Assembly (NCBI GenBank): GCA_001029675.1
Contig: CP011210.1
Coordinates: 320,193 to 384,192, forward strand
DNA: 64,000 nucleotides
Direction of reading: 5' to 3'
Source: Candidatus Beckwithbacteria bacterium GW2011_GWC1_49_16
Lineage (GTDB): Bacteria; Patescibacteriota; Microgenomatia; UBA1400; CG1-02-47-37
The position numbers and the translations under genes were made by a program. Of the stretch, positions 55,280 to 64,000 are shown in pieces (positions within the stretch are counted from its first letter, which is position 1; each line of letters opens with the position of its first letter). Below the pieces are notes generated by a model. The model saw nothing but the letters and a program-made list of their open reading frames with translations. It searched no databases and was not told the DNA's origin.

Positions 55280-57859
55280 ATGGCAGGTTGGAACAGAACT
55301 TGGCGAAGAAGGCTTTTAAAGCTTAAAGCTTTTTCTAAAAACTATCGGGTGAGAAGCCGGGCGGATTTGCTGCGGCTGGTGGCTTTTCTGGGGTTTTTTG
55401 GGCTGTTGGGGGCTTTTTTGATTGGTTCGCTGCTTTTTGCCTGGTACGCCAAGGATTTGCCCCGGCCGGACCGGGTGGTCAGAAGAGAAGGTTTTTCTAC
55501 TAAGATTTATGACCGGGAGGAAGAGCTACTCTACGACGTTTTTGCCGACCAGAGGCGGACGCCGGTGACTCTGGATCAGGTGCCGGATATCTTGGAAAAA
55601 GCCACCGTTGCCATCGAGGATAAAAATTTCTACAAGCATGGCGGTTTTGACCCGACCGGATACGTTCGGGCGGTTTTTAACACCATCTTCCGCGGTCGGC
55701 TCCAAGGAGGGTCGACCTTAACCCAACAGTTGGTCAAAAATGTGCTGCTGACCCCGCAACGGACCATCGGCCGGAAAATCAAAGAGTTTGTTTTGGCGGT
55801 GCAAATTGAAAACAAGTACTCCAAAGACGAGATTTTACAGATGTATCTTAATGAGGCCCCTTACGGCGGGACGGCTTGGGGGGTCGAGGCGGCGGCAGAA
55901 ACTTATTTTGGCAAAAAAGTAGCCGAGCTTAATTTAATCGAGTCGGCGGTACTAGCCGGGCTGCCCCAGTCACCCTCGCGCTACTCCCCCTTTATTGGTG
56001 GCGACGCCTACAAGACCAGGACTTTGGACGTGTTGCGGCGGATGCGCGAGGATGGCTATATCACCCGCGACCAGGAAGAGACGGCAGTCAAAGACCTGGA
56101 AGCGGTCGAGTTTATCCCCGAAGGAGCCAGTTTCAAGGCGCCCCACTTTGTTTTGTACGTCAAGCAGCAACTAATTGAGCGCTATGGCGAGCGGCTGGTG
56201 GAGCAAGGGGGGCTTAAAGTGACGACGACTCTTGATTGGGATTTGCAAAGTCAGGCCCAGGAAATTGTCGGCAGCGAAATTGCCAGGGTGGAGAGCATCG
56301 ACATTACCAACGGGGCGGCGATGGCGATGGACACGACCACGGGCGAGATTTTGGCTATGGTCGGGTCGAAAAACTACGAGGCCGAAGACTATGACGGCAA
56401 GGTGAACGTGACTTTGTCCTTAAGGCAACCTGGGTCGGCGATCAAGCCGGTCAATTACGTCACTGCCCTCAAGCAGGGTTATACGGCGTCGACGATGATT
56501 GTGGACGCGGTCACCGAGTTTCCCGGCGGGGCCAACAATCCGGTCTACAAACCGCTAAACTATGACAACAAAGTTTCCGGGCCGGTGCAATTGAGGTTTG
56601 CTTTGGGCAACTCTTTGAACATTGCCTCGGTGAAACTTTTACAGCTGGTAGGAGTAAAAAACATGCTGGAAACGGCCTACGACATGGGTTTTGACAGCCT
56701 TGAGCCGACGACGGCCAACGTCAACCGTTTAGGGCTATCGGTGACTTTGGGCGGCGGCGAGGTACGCTTAATTGACATGGCGGCGGCCTACTCGGCGTTT
56801 GCCAACGGGGGTTTGAAAGTGGAGCCAGTGAGCATTTTGAAGGTGGAGGATAAAGACGGTAAGGTTTTGGAAGAGTTTAGGCCAGTAAAAGGCCCCCGGG
56901 TATTGTCAGAGGAAGAGGCGTTTATGATTTCTGACATTTTGTCGGACAGCCAAGCGCGTTTGAGGACGTTCGGCGAGAACAGCTTGCTTAACATCTCCGG
57001 CAGGCAGGTGGCGGTTAAAACCGGTACTACCAACGACCAACGGGACAACTGGGCCGTGGGTTGGAGCCCGGGGGTGATCGTCGGGGCCTGGGTGGGAAAT
57101 AATGATAACAGCCCGATGAAACAGGTAGCTTCGGGAGTGTCCGGGGCGACGCCGATCTGGAGGCGGATAATGCTTGAGGCTTTGAGTCAGCAGCCGATCA
57201 AAGAATGGGCGGTGCCCAATGGAATCACCACGGTTGAAGTAGATACCATATCCGGCTACAAAGCCCACGATGGTTTTCCTTCAAGGATAGAGTACTTTAT
57301 CAAGGGAACAGAGCCGGTGGGCGAAGATCCGATCCACCCGATGCTTGAAGTGTGTAAAGGCGAACCAGGGAAGCTCGCGACCGACGCCATGGTGGCCAGA
57401 GGCGACTACGACAAGAAGGAGTACATCGTGCTTAAAGCTGACGATCCGGCCGGAGGGGGAAGAAATCGGTGGCAGGAAGCGATTGACGCCTGGATTGCGG
57501 GGCAGGCTGATGAGCGCTACCGAGCTCCAACCGAGTACTGCCGCGAGGGAGAAGCAATTTACGTCGAAATTGACAGCCCGGGTGACAAGAGCCAAGTCAA
57601 CTCAAACGAGGTGACGGTCAAGGCAAAAGTGGTGGCGGATAATCAGGTTTCTAAAGTTGAGTTCTTTGTCGACGGGTCAAAGAAGAAAACCCTAACCGAT
57701 AAACCTTACGAGGTAACTTTGAGCCTTGATGACGGTCCGCACACGATCAAAGTTCGGGCCGAGGACAACAAAGGCAACGCGGCCGACCGGGAAATAAAAA
57801 TAGGCATCAACACCCCTTGGGATTTTGAAGCCTCCCCGACCCCCTCACCTAGTCCGTAA
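55280..57859 (+). CDS. Class A penicillin-binding protein (PBP1A family) with C-terminal Ig-like domain
   Basis: EDKNFY.H.G, GGSTLTQQLVKN, RKIKE (glycosyltransferase); SAIK, SLN, KTG (transpeptidase); C-terminal Big-like domain. Confidence 0.95.
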   Translation: MAGWNRTWRRRLLKLKAFSKNYRVRSRADLLRLVAFLGFFGLLGAFLIGSLLFAWYAKDLPRPDRVVRREGFSTKIYDREEELLYDVFADQRRTPVTLDQVPDILEKATVAIEDKNFYKHGGFDPTGYVRAVFNTIFRGRLQGGSTLTQQLVKNVLLTPQRTIGRKIKEFVLAVQIENKYSKDEILQMYLNEAPYGGTAWGVEAAAETYFGKKVAELNLIESAVLAGLPQSPSRYSPFIGGDAYKTRTLDVLRRMREDGYITRDQEETAVKDLEAVEFIPEGASFKAPHFVLYVKQQLIERYGERLVEQGGLKVTTTLDWDLQSQAQEIVGSEIARVESIDITNGAAMAMDTTTGEILAMVGSKNYEAEDYDGKVNVTLSLRQPGSAIKPVNYVTALKQGYTASTMIVDAVTEFPGGANNPVYKPLNYDNKVSGPVQLRFALGNSLNIASVKLLQLVGVKNMLETAYDMGFDSLEPTTANVNRLGLSVTLGGGEVRLIDMAAAYSAFANGGLKVEPVSILKVEDKDGKVLEEFRPVKGPRVLSEEEAFMISDILSDSQARLRTFGENSLLNISGRQVAVKTGTTNDQRDNWAVGWSPGVIVGAWVGNNDNSPMKQVASGVSGATPIWRRIMLEALSQQPIKEWAVPNGITTVEVDTISGYKAHDGFPSRIEYFIKGTEPVGEDPIHPMLEVCKGEPGKLATDAMVARGDYDKKEYIVLKADDPAGGGRNRWQEAIDAWIAGQADERYRAPTEYCREGEAIYVEIDSPGDKSQVNSNEVTVKAKVVADNQVSKVEFFVDGSKKKTLTDKPYEVTLSLDDGPHTIKVRAEDNKGNAADREIKIGINTPWDFEASPTPSPSP

Positions 57860-57874
57860 ATCGCCCCCGGAGCG

Positions 57875-59875
57875 CTATCGGAGATTGCCTACCAGGTCGG
57901 CGGAGAATTTTTGTTTGAGGCTGACGACGATTTTCTTTCTTACCGGGGCGACGGCTTTGTCAGTTAGGGGTTGGGTTGGCGATTGATAAGTGACGTTAAA
58001 AGTGTAGTTTTGCCGGTAGGTTTTGGTGAGGGCGACTGCTTTTACCAGCCGGTGGCAGGAGGCAATGGCGGCAATCACCGGTCCGAGGTAGGTTTTTTCA
58101 GGCAAGGTAAAGGTGAGGTCTTCGATGATCGGCGGGTGGGGAGACAGCGGTTGGTAGGCCGGGTAGGCGCGGGAGGCTTGGCTTAAAGCTCTAAAGTCAA
58201 ATAGGGCAACGTTGACTTGTTTATGGGGAAAGCCTTCGGGGGTGAGGACTTGGCCTAGGCAGCCCAGGGTTTGATTTTTTAAGATGATAGCGGCGGTGTG
58301 GCCGTCGAGCCAGGGGGTTTTGACGGCGTTTTGGGGTTTGAAGGTAGGGGCAAGATGGAGTTTTTGCAAAGTCAAGTCAACGACGCCTTTTAGATAGCGA
58401 AAATCGTTGGTGGTGGAAAGCAAAAGCGTCAGCTTCTCCTCCGGCAGTTTGCCTGGTCTTAGCTGATAGGTATTGGCCAGCTCAAAAAAGGAGACGCTTT
58501 TGGCCTGGGGATTTTGGCCGATTGCCTCAAGATGCGAGGGAATCAACGAGCGTCTTAAATATTGCCAGTCTGCCGACAAGGCGTTTTTGATCTTGAGGTG
58601 ATTATTAATGGAAAAACCGGATTGGCTGGTCAGGGCTCGACTAACCATGGAGTTAGTGTAGATTTCGTTTAAGCCGGAGTCGGCTAAAATGTTTTTTAAG
58701 CGGTACTCGAGGTGAAAGTTTTCGTCGGGGTAATTGGTAGGAATTTGGGTTAAGGGTAGTTTAGACGGCAGTTTGTGGTAGCCGTAAATTCGGGCCACTT
58801 CTTCGACTATGTCCTCGGGAATGGCAATGTCTTTTGTTCTAAACGACGCTGGTTTGACGCTAAGTTGCTCGTTTTTGTCGATTGAAAAGAAAAAGCCTAA
58901 ATTTTCAAGAATTTGTTTGACCTTTCTGCCGGAAATGTCAACGCCAAGGCGATCTTTAATTAATTGAAGAGGTAGTTTAATTGTTTGAATTGTGGGTTTT
59001 TGGGGATACAAATCAAAGATTTTGGAAGCGACTTTAGCTCCGGTTAACTCTTTGAGAAGCATGACTCCCCTTTTCAAGGCGGTTGAGCCGAGTTCCGGGT
59101 CGACGCCTTTTTCGTTTAAGGTAGCGGCGACGGTTCTTATTCCTAAGGTCATTGAGGTGCGGCGGATCTTAACCGGGTTGTTGGCTTCAAGGAAGAAGAT
59201 AATTCTTTTAGTGTCGGGGGTGACGACACTGTTGGCTGTACCGATGATACCGGGCAGATCGATGATTTCGCCCGAGCCGTCGTCAATAACGATATCTCCC
59301 CCGGGCAAGGCGTAGGTTTTGTCTTCCAGAGAAGTAATCTTTTCCCCCGGTTTGGCCTTTCTTAAAAGGAGGCTGTGGGAGCTTACCCGGTCGTAGTCGA
59401 AAACGTGGGTGGGGTGGCCGACTTCGGTCATGACATAGTTGGTGACGTCGACGACGTTGTTTAGCGATCTTAAACCAGCGGCCTCGAGGCGTGATTTAAT
59501 TTTTTGGGGTGACGGGCCTAAGCTTACCTGGTCTAAAACCACGGCTAAAATTCTGGGACAAAGCCCATTAGGGTCTTTGACCGTAAGGGGAAGCGGGGTT
59601 TGGGGCGGAGAAATGGGATCAAGTTTTGGGGGTAAAAAAGCGGCCTTGAAGCCAAATTGGGGCAAAATGGCGGCGGCTTCCCGGGCGATGCCCAAGACAG
59701 ACATCATATCGACCCGATTGGTGGTGACCTCGATATCGTAAATGGCGTCGCCGGCGACGGATCTTATCTTTTCCACCGACGGGCCGCACAGGGACAGAAG
59801 CTCACCAATTTTTTCGGAACCGGCCGAAGTCTTGAGGTATTCTTTGAGCCAGGAGTGGGGAATGGAAATGTTCAT
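57875..59875 (-). CDS. pheT: Phenylalanine--tRNA ligase beta subunit (short, lacking the B2 OB insert)
   Basis: EVTTNRVD, NNVVDVTNYV, DIVEEVARIYGY, LRRSL, FDX-ACB tail. Confidence 0.95.
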   Translation of the reverse strand: MNISIPHSWLKEYLKTSAGSEKIGELLSLCGPSVEKIRSVAGDAIYDIEVTTNRVDMMSVLGIAREAAAILPQFGFKAAFLPPKLDPISPPQTPLPLTVKDPNGLCPRILAVVLDQVSLGPSPQKIKSRLEAAGLRSLNNVVDVTNYVMTEVGHPTHVFDYDRVSSHSLLLRKAKPGEKITSLEDKTYALPGGDIVIDDGSGEIIDLPGIIGTANSVVTPDTKRIIFFLEANNPVKIRRTSMTLGIRTVAATLNEKGVDPELGSTALKRGVMLLKELTGAKVASKIFDLYPQKPTIQTIKLPLQLIKDRLGVDISGRKVKQILENLGFFFSIDKNEQLSVKPASFRTKDIAIPEDIVEEVARIYGYHKLPSKLPLTQIPTNYPDENFHLEYRLKNILADSGLNEIYTNSMVSRALTSQSGFSINNHLKIKNALSADWQYLRRSLIPSHLEAIGQNPQAKSVSFFELANTYQLRPGKLPEEKLTLLLSTTNDFRYLKGVVDLTLQKLHLAPTFKPQNAVKTPWLDGHTAAIILKNQTLGCLGQVLTPEGFPHKQVNVALFDFRALSQASRAYPAYQPLSPHPPIIEDLTFTLPEKTYLGPVIAAIASCHRLVKAVALTKTYRQNYTFNVTYQSPTQPLTDKAVAPVRKKIVVSLKQKFSADLVGNLR

Positions 59876-59880
59876 GAAAT

Positions 59881-60924
59881 TTAAAATTGATTCAAAAATT
59901 CTAAGTTGCTGGAGTAAAGCAGGCGGATGTCGTCAAGATTGAGGCCCGGTTTTAAGGTGTAGCAGCGTTCGATACCCCAGCCAAAAGCAAAGCCGGAGTA
60001 AACCTTAGGATTTAGTCCTCCGGCCTTCAAAACGTTGGGGTGGACCAGGCCGGCACCGCCGACTTCGTGCCAGCCTGATTTGCAAAACCGGCAGCCGCGG
60101 CCCAAGCAGTGGACGCAGGAGAAGTCGACCTCGAAAGACGGTTCGGTAAATCTAAAGTTAAAGGGGCGGATGCGGGAGCGGGCTTTTGGCCCGTAAAACT
60201 CGCGGGCAAAGTGGTTTAAGGTGCCTTTAAGGTCGGGAATGCCGATGTGACGATCGACCACCAGGCCTTCAAACTGGTGGAACATGACGGTGTGGGTTCG
60301 GTCTTGCTGACGCCGATAACATTTACCGATGTTGAGCATCCTGATGGGCGTCTTTCCGGGCAGGGTTTTTCCCGCCCGCTCCATTTCCCTGACTTGGCCG
60401 TTTGAGGTGTGGGTAGTCAGGACCATTTTGCCCATTTTTTTATTTTCTTCAGCGTCGATAAAAATGGTTTCCCATTCATCCCGGGCGGGGTGGTCTTCGG
60501 GCATGTTTAAAGCCTCAAAAACGTACCAGTCCCAGTCGACTTCGGGGTAGCGGACTCGGGTGAAACCGAGACGTTCAAAGATGCGGCTGACTTCTTCGAT
60601 AGCCTGGGTGATGGGGTGTAAATGACCTGAAGGAAAGGTTTTGCCCGGGGCGGTGACGTCGAGCCAATCTCTGGGAGCGGGAGAGAGCTTCAGGGTTTTT
60701 TGTCTTAAAGCCTGGGTGATGGCGGTTTTGGCCTCGTTTAGTAGTCTGCCGGTTTGGGCTTTTTGGTCCGGATCCAAATCCGAGAGGTTTTTTAACAGTT
60801 GGTTAACCTCGCCTTTTCTGCCTAAAAACTTGACTTTAAGCTCACTAAGCTCCTTTTTGGTTTCGGCCTCGCTGATAACGGCCAGGGCTTGGTTTTTGAG
60901 GTTTAAAAGGTTACCGGCGTCCAT
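59881..60924 (-). CDS. pheS: Phenylalanine--tRNA ligase alpha subunit
   Basis: HLHPIT, HPARD, FHQFEG, FRFTEPS.E, GFAFGWGIER. Confidence 0.96.
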   Translation of the reverse strand: MDAGNLLNLKNQALAVISEAETKKELSELKVKFLGRKGEVNQLLKNLSDLDPDQKAQTGRLLNEAKTAITQALRQKTLKLSPAPRDWLDVTAPGKTFPSGHLHPITQAIEEVSRIFERLGFTRVRYPEVDWDWYVFEALNMPEDHPARDEWETIFIDAEENKKMGKMVLTTHTSNGQVREMERAGKTLPGKTPIRMLNIGKCYRRQQDRTHTVMFHQFEGLVVDRHIGIPDLKGTLNHFAREFYGPKARSRIRPFNFRFTEPSFEVDFSCVHCLGRGCRFCKSGWHEVGGAGLVHPNVLKAGGLNPKVYSGFAFGWGIERCYTLKPGLNLDDIRLLYSSNLEFLNQF

Positions 60925-60929
60925 CAGTG

Positions 60930-61274
60930 TCACTTTTTGACCTTGTCAACTACGGCTTTGAAAGTGTCGGGGTCGGAGACGGCCAGCTCTGCCAAAATTT
61001 TGCGATTGAGGTCGATTTTAGCCTTTTTTAAGCCGGAGATGAAGCGAGAGTAGGAAAGATCAGAGTCGGTCAAGGCGGCGTTTATTCTTTGGATCCAAAG
61101 GCGGCGAAAATCGCGCTTTCTTAGTTTCCGGCCGTGATAGGCGTACTGGCCGGCGTGGAGGGTGGCTTCCTTGGCGACTTTATAAAGCCGCGAGCGGGTC
61201 ATCCGATAACCTTTAGTCTGTTTCAAGATTTTCTTGTGGCGGGCGCGTCTTACGGTGCCGGTTTTGACTCTCAT
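60930..61274 (-). CDS. rplT: 50S ribosomal protein L20
   Basis: [39 protein letters not shown]. Confidence 0.97.
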   Translation of the reverse strand: MRVKTGTVRRARHKKILKQTKGYRMTRSRLYKVAKEATLHAGQYAYHGRKLRKRDFRRLWIQRINAALTDSDLSYSRFISGLKKAKIDLNRKILAELAVSDPDTFKAVVDKVKK

Positions 61275-61483
61275 ACTCCGAGCATGATTTTTATTTTTTT
61301 GGCGGTTTTGCCGGAAACTTTTTGGGGGACTTTACCGCGGCGAATGTTTCTTTTGCTGCGGTTGGCCTTAAGGTGGCGGTTTTGGGCGCCACGGCGGATG
61401 ACTTTGCCGGTCCTGGTGACCCGGAAGCGTTTGACTACGGACTTTCTGGTTTTGAGCTTGACCCGCTTATTTTTTTTAGCCAT
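61271..61483 (-). CDS. rpmI: 50S ribosomal protein L35
   Basis: [21 protein letters not shown]; between infC and rplT. Confidence 0.93.
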   Translation of the reverse strand: MAKKNKRVKLKTRKSVVKRFRVTRTGKVIRRGAQNRHLKANRSKRNIRRGKVPQKVSGKTAKKIKIMLGV

Positions 61484-62006
61484 TTTTGTCGTTGTCTTTC
61501 TTTCTGGGAGCCATGGTGGTCCAGAGGAGTTTTCCCTGGAGTTTCGGTGGTGACTCCTGGGTGCCGTATTCGGAAAGGCCGGCGATGGCGCGATTTAAGA
61601 TTTTGTCACCAAAATCTTTCCTGGTGATTTGGCGGCCGGTGAATTTGACGGTGAGTTTGACCTTGTGACCCAACTCCAAAAATTCTTTTAAGCGCTCGAT
61701 CCTGGTGTCAAAATCGTTTTGGGCGATAAAGGGGGTGAAGCGAATTTCTTTTTGGTCGGTGGCTTTGGTTTTTTTCTTGCTGCCTTTTTCTTTTTGAGTT
61801 TGTTGGTATTTGAATTTGTTAAAGTCGATGATTTTGACTACCGGGGGCTTGGCTGTTTCGGCCACCAGGACTAAGTCGCTGCCGGCTTTTTGGGCCAAAG
61901 CCAAGGCCTCGGCTTTGGTCATGACGCCGACCTGGCCTTCGTCGGCGCCGATGACGCGGACTTGGTCGTAAGGGATATAGTGGTTAACTTTGTAGAACTT
62001 TCTCAT
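61476..62006 (-). CDS. infC: Translation initiation factor IF-3
   Basis: VRVI...G.Q.GV, DLV.VA..AKPPV.KI.DF.KFKY, KEIRF, G.KVK....F.GR. Confidence 0.96.
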   Translation of the reverse strand: MRKFYKVNHYIPYDQVRVIGADEGQVGVMTKAEALALAQKAGSDLVLVAETAKPPVVKIIDFNKFKYQQTQKEKGSKKKTKATDQKEIRFTPFIAQNDFDTRIERLKEFLELGHKVKLTVKFTGRQITRKDFGDKILNRAIAGLSEYGTQESPPKLQGKLLWTTMAPRKKDNDKNG

Positions 62007-62024
62007 CTCTTTTCGGCTATTCTA

Positions 62025-63791
62025 TCAGCTGAGGCTTTTTTCTTCAATCGCGCGAACTACTTGGGCAGAAAACTTAGCCAGAGGCATAGGGCCCAAGTTT
62101 TGGTTGTTTCTGGTTCTGACTGCCACCGAGTTGGCTTGTTTCTCTTTGTCGCCGACGACTAAGATATAGGGAATTTTTTGGCCCGATGCGTCTCTGACTT
62201 TGGCGTTGAGGGTGGCGTTTCTGTCGTCGAGTTCGACCCTGATGCCGGCTTGAGTCAGGCCGGCGGCGACCTTTTGAGCGTAAGCTTGGTGGTCGCGGCC
62301 TACGGGCAAAACCACGGCCTGGATAGGCGCGAGCCAGACGGGAAAAGCGCCGGCGTAGTGCTCGATTAAGAAGCCGATTGATCTTTCCATGGCGCCGACA
62401 GATGAGCGGTGGATGACTACGGGTTGTTCGCTTTCCCCTTTTTCGTTGGTGTATTCAAGGTTAAAGCGAGCCGGCAGGCAAAAATCATACTGGACGGTAA
62501 AGGCGGTGTCTTCTTTGCCGGAGACGTTTTTCATCTGGACGTCCACCTTGGGGCCGTAGAAGGCGGCTTCGTCCAGGGCGGTTTCGTAGGGGGCGTGTCT
62601 GTCGTCAAGGACCTTTTTTAAAAGTTTTTCCGCCTCGTCCCAGTCCTGGGGTGAGTCAAAGTACTTGGTTTTGTTTTTTCTGTCGCCCAAGGAAAGGCGG
62701 TAGTAGAAGTCTTGGCCCTTTTTTAAGCCGAGGGTTTGGGAGATGAATTCGATCAGGTCTAAAACCAGGTTGACTTCGTCTTCGGCCTGGGACTTTCTGA
62801 CGAAGTTGTGCGAGTCGGCTAAGGTAAATTCGCGCACCCGGATTAAACCGGTGAGCTCGCCTGATTTTTCGTAGCGGTAGAGTGAGGCCATTTCGGCAAA
62901 CCTCAAGGGTAAGTCTTTGTAGCTTCGGGGTTTTGATTGGTAGAGGGCGAAGTGGTGGGGGCAGGTCATGGGGCGGAGAATCAGCTCTTCGTGGTCGATG
63001 ACCATGGGCGGATACATAGTGTCTTTGTAGTAGGGGTAGTGGCCGGATTTTTTATAAAGGTCGGTTTTGGCTAAATTGGGGGTTCTGACGTGCTGGTAGC
63101 CGCGACTAATTTCCTCGTCGACGACAAATCTTTCTAACACCCGCCAAATGGTGGCGCCCTTTTGGGTAAAAAGAGGCAGGCCTTTACCGACCAGGTCGGA
63201 AAAGGCAAAAAGGCCAAGCTCTTGACCGAGGATGCGGTGGTCTCTCTTTTTGGCCTCCTCTTGTTGTTCAAGATAGTCGTCGAGTTCTTTTTGAGTCGGG
63301 AAGATGGTGCCGTAGATGCGGGTTAACATGGGATTTTTCTCATCGCCGCGCCAGTAGGCGCCGGCGACGGATAAAAGCTTAAAGTGTTTAAGCTGGCTGG
63401 CGGGATTGTCGACGTGGCCGCCGCGGCAAAGGTCGGCAAAGTCACCAGCTTGATAAAAGCTGACTTTTTTCTTACCGCCCTGGGAAAACTCGTCGATTAG
63501 TTCGTGTTTGTAGGGGTTTTGGGGGTGCTGTTTTTTAGCCTCGGCGGCAGTCAACATTTTCTTGGCAAACTTGTCCCACCCGGCGACGATCCGGCGCATT
63601 TTGGCTTCGATTTTGGGCAGCTCTTCTTTGGAGATTTTTATTTGACCGAAGTCAAAGTCGTAGTAAAAGCCGTCTTTGATCGCCGGGCCGATGGCCCGTT
63701 TGGCCTTTGGGTAAAGTTCTATCACCGCCGCCGCCAACAAATGCGCCGCCGAGTGGCGGAGTTTGTCTAGGTCTTCTTGGTTTTTAGCCAT
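62025..63791 (-). CDS. thrS: Threonine--tRNA ligase (no N-terminal TGS domain)
   Basis: RHSAAHLLA, DLCRGGH, GAYWRG, RDHR, PMTCPHH, AFYGPK, IHR...G..ER. Confidence 0.97.
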   Translation of the reverse strand: MAKNQEDLDKLRHSAAHLLAAAVIELYPKAKRAIGPAIKDGFYYDFDFGQIKISKEELPKIEAKMRRIVAGWDKFAKKMLTAAEAKKQHPQNPYKHELIDEFSQGGKKKVSFYQAGDFADLCRGGHVDNPASQLKHFKLLSVAGAYWRGDEKNPMLTRIYGTIFPTQKELDDYLEQQEEAKKRDHRILGQELGLFAFSDLVGKGLPLFTQKGATIWRVLERFVVDEEISRGYQHVRTPNLAKTDLYKKSGHYPYYKDTMYPPMVIDHEELILRPMTCPHHFALYQSKPRSYKDLPLRFAEMASLYRYEKSGELTGLIRVREFTLADSHNFVRKSQAEDEVNLVLDLIEFISQTLGLKKGQDFYYRLSLGDRKNKTKYFDSPQDWDEAEKLLKKVLDDRHAPYETALDEAAFYGPKVDVQMKNVSGKEDTAFTVQYDFCLPARFNLEYTNEKGESEQPVVIHRSSVGAMERSIGFLIEHYAGAFPVWLAPIQAVVLPVGRDHQAYAQKVAAGLTQAGIRVELDDRNATLNAKVRDASGQKIPYILVVGDKEKQANSVAVRTRNNQNLGPMPLAKFSAQVVRAIEEKSLS

Positions 63792-63794
63792 GGT

Positions 63795-64000
63795 TTAAGT
63801 ATAGCTGATTAAGAACCGGGTGAGAATTTTTTGGTAAGTGTTCAGGCTTTTAATATCCACCCATTCTTGATCGGAGTGGAGTCCACCGCCGATGGGGCCA
63901 AAGGTAATGCCGCCGATGCCCCTGGCGTTGAAGAGGCGAATATCAGAGCCGCCGTGGGTAGAGTAAATTTTTGGTTTTTTGCCGGTTATTTTATGAGTTG
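63795..64000 (-). CDS. C-terminal end of an M20-family (ArgE/DapE-like) peptidase, truncated by the window edge
   Basis: Hand translation ...HGGSDIRLF..RGI..ITFGPIGGGLHSDQEWV..*. Confidence 0.8.
   Translation of the reverse strand, partial: THKITGKKPKIYSTHGGSDIRLFNARGIGGITFGPIGGGLHSDQEWVDIKSLNTYQKILTRFLISYT

Noticed and set aside
1-64000. CRISPR arrays, IS elements, prophage, rRNA, and the many antisense ORFs of the track
   Set aside because: No repeat-spacer arrays, transposase, phage structural or rRNA sequence recognised; the antisense ORFs lie within well-supported genes

Overview
64 kb of a compact bacterial chromosome. Gene content and style (leaderless genes, shortened PheT/ThrS/RF1, type IV pilus locus, tRNAs without encoded CCA) suggest a Patescibacteria/CPR genome, probably Microgenomates; this placement is inference. 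Most of the window is housekeeping: ychF-rpsF-ssb-rpsR-ctpA-rplI-htrA, prfA/rpmE, hisS, dnaB, efp, xer, gyrB-hppA-gyrA, a 14-gene type IV pilus locus, recG-rpmF-nusB-rnc-rpsP-khpA, PBP1A and thrS-infC-rpmI-rplT-pheST. Several AT-richer accessory blocks stand out. (1) A Tyr T-box riboswitch with an ultra-short Stem I (UAC specifier) and an intrinsic terminator controls an atypical tRNA-Tyr gene, a degenerate TyrRS/CDPS-like ORF and tyrS; this is the best candidate for an undescribed system. (2) A His-His leader-peptide attenuator next to a TrpR/YerC regulator precedes a four-gene operon (PRTase-like/guanylate-kinase fusion, nucleoside hydrolase, methyltransferase-like, M14 deacylase) that lies upstream of hisS. 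(3) A MerR-GyrI regulator is divergent from a class II UvrA-like gene, with a 19-bp-spacer promoter and a perfect operator. (4) A VapBC pair sits between tRNA-Leu and efp. An 0.8 kb intergenic region before the Xer recombinase holds DnaA boxes and several dif-like sites, with no GC-skew switch visible by eye. No CRISPR, rRNA or transposase was seen.
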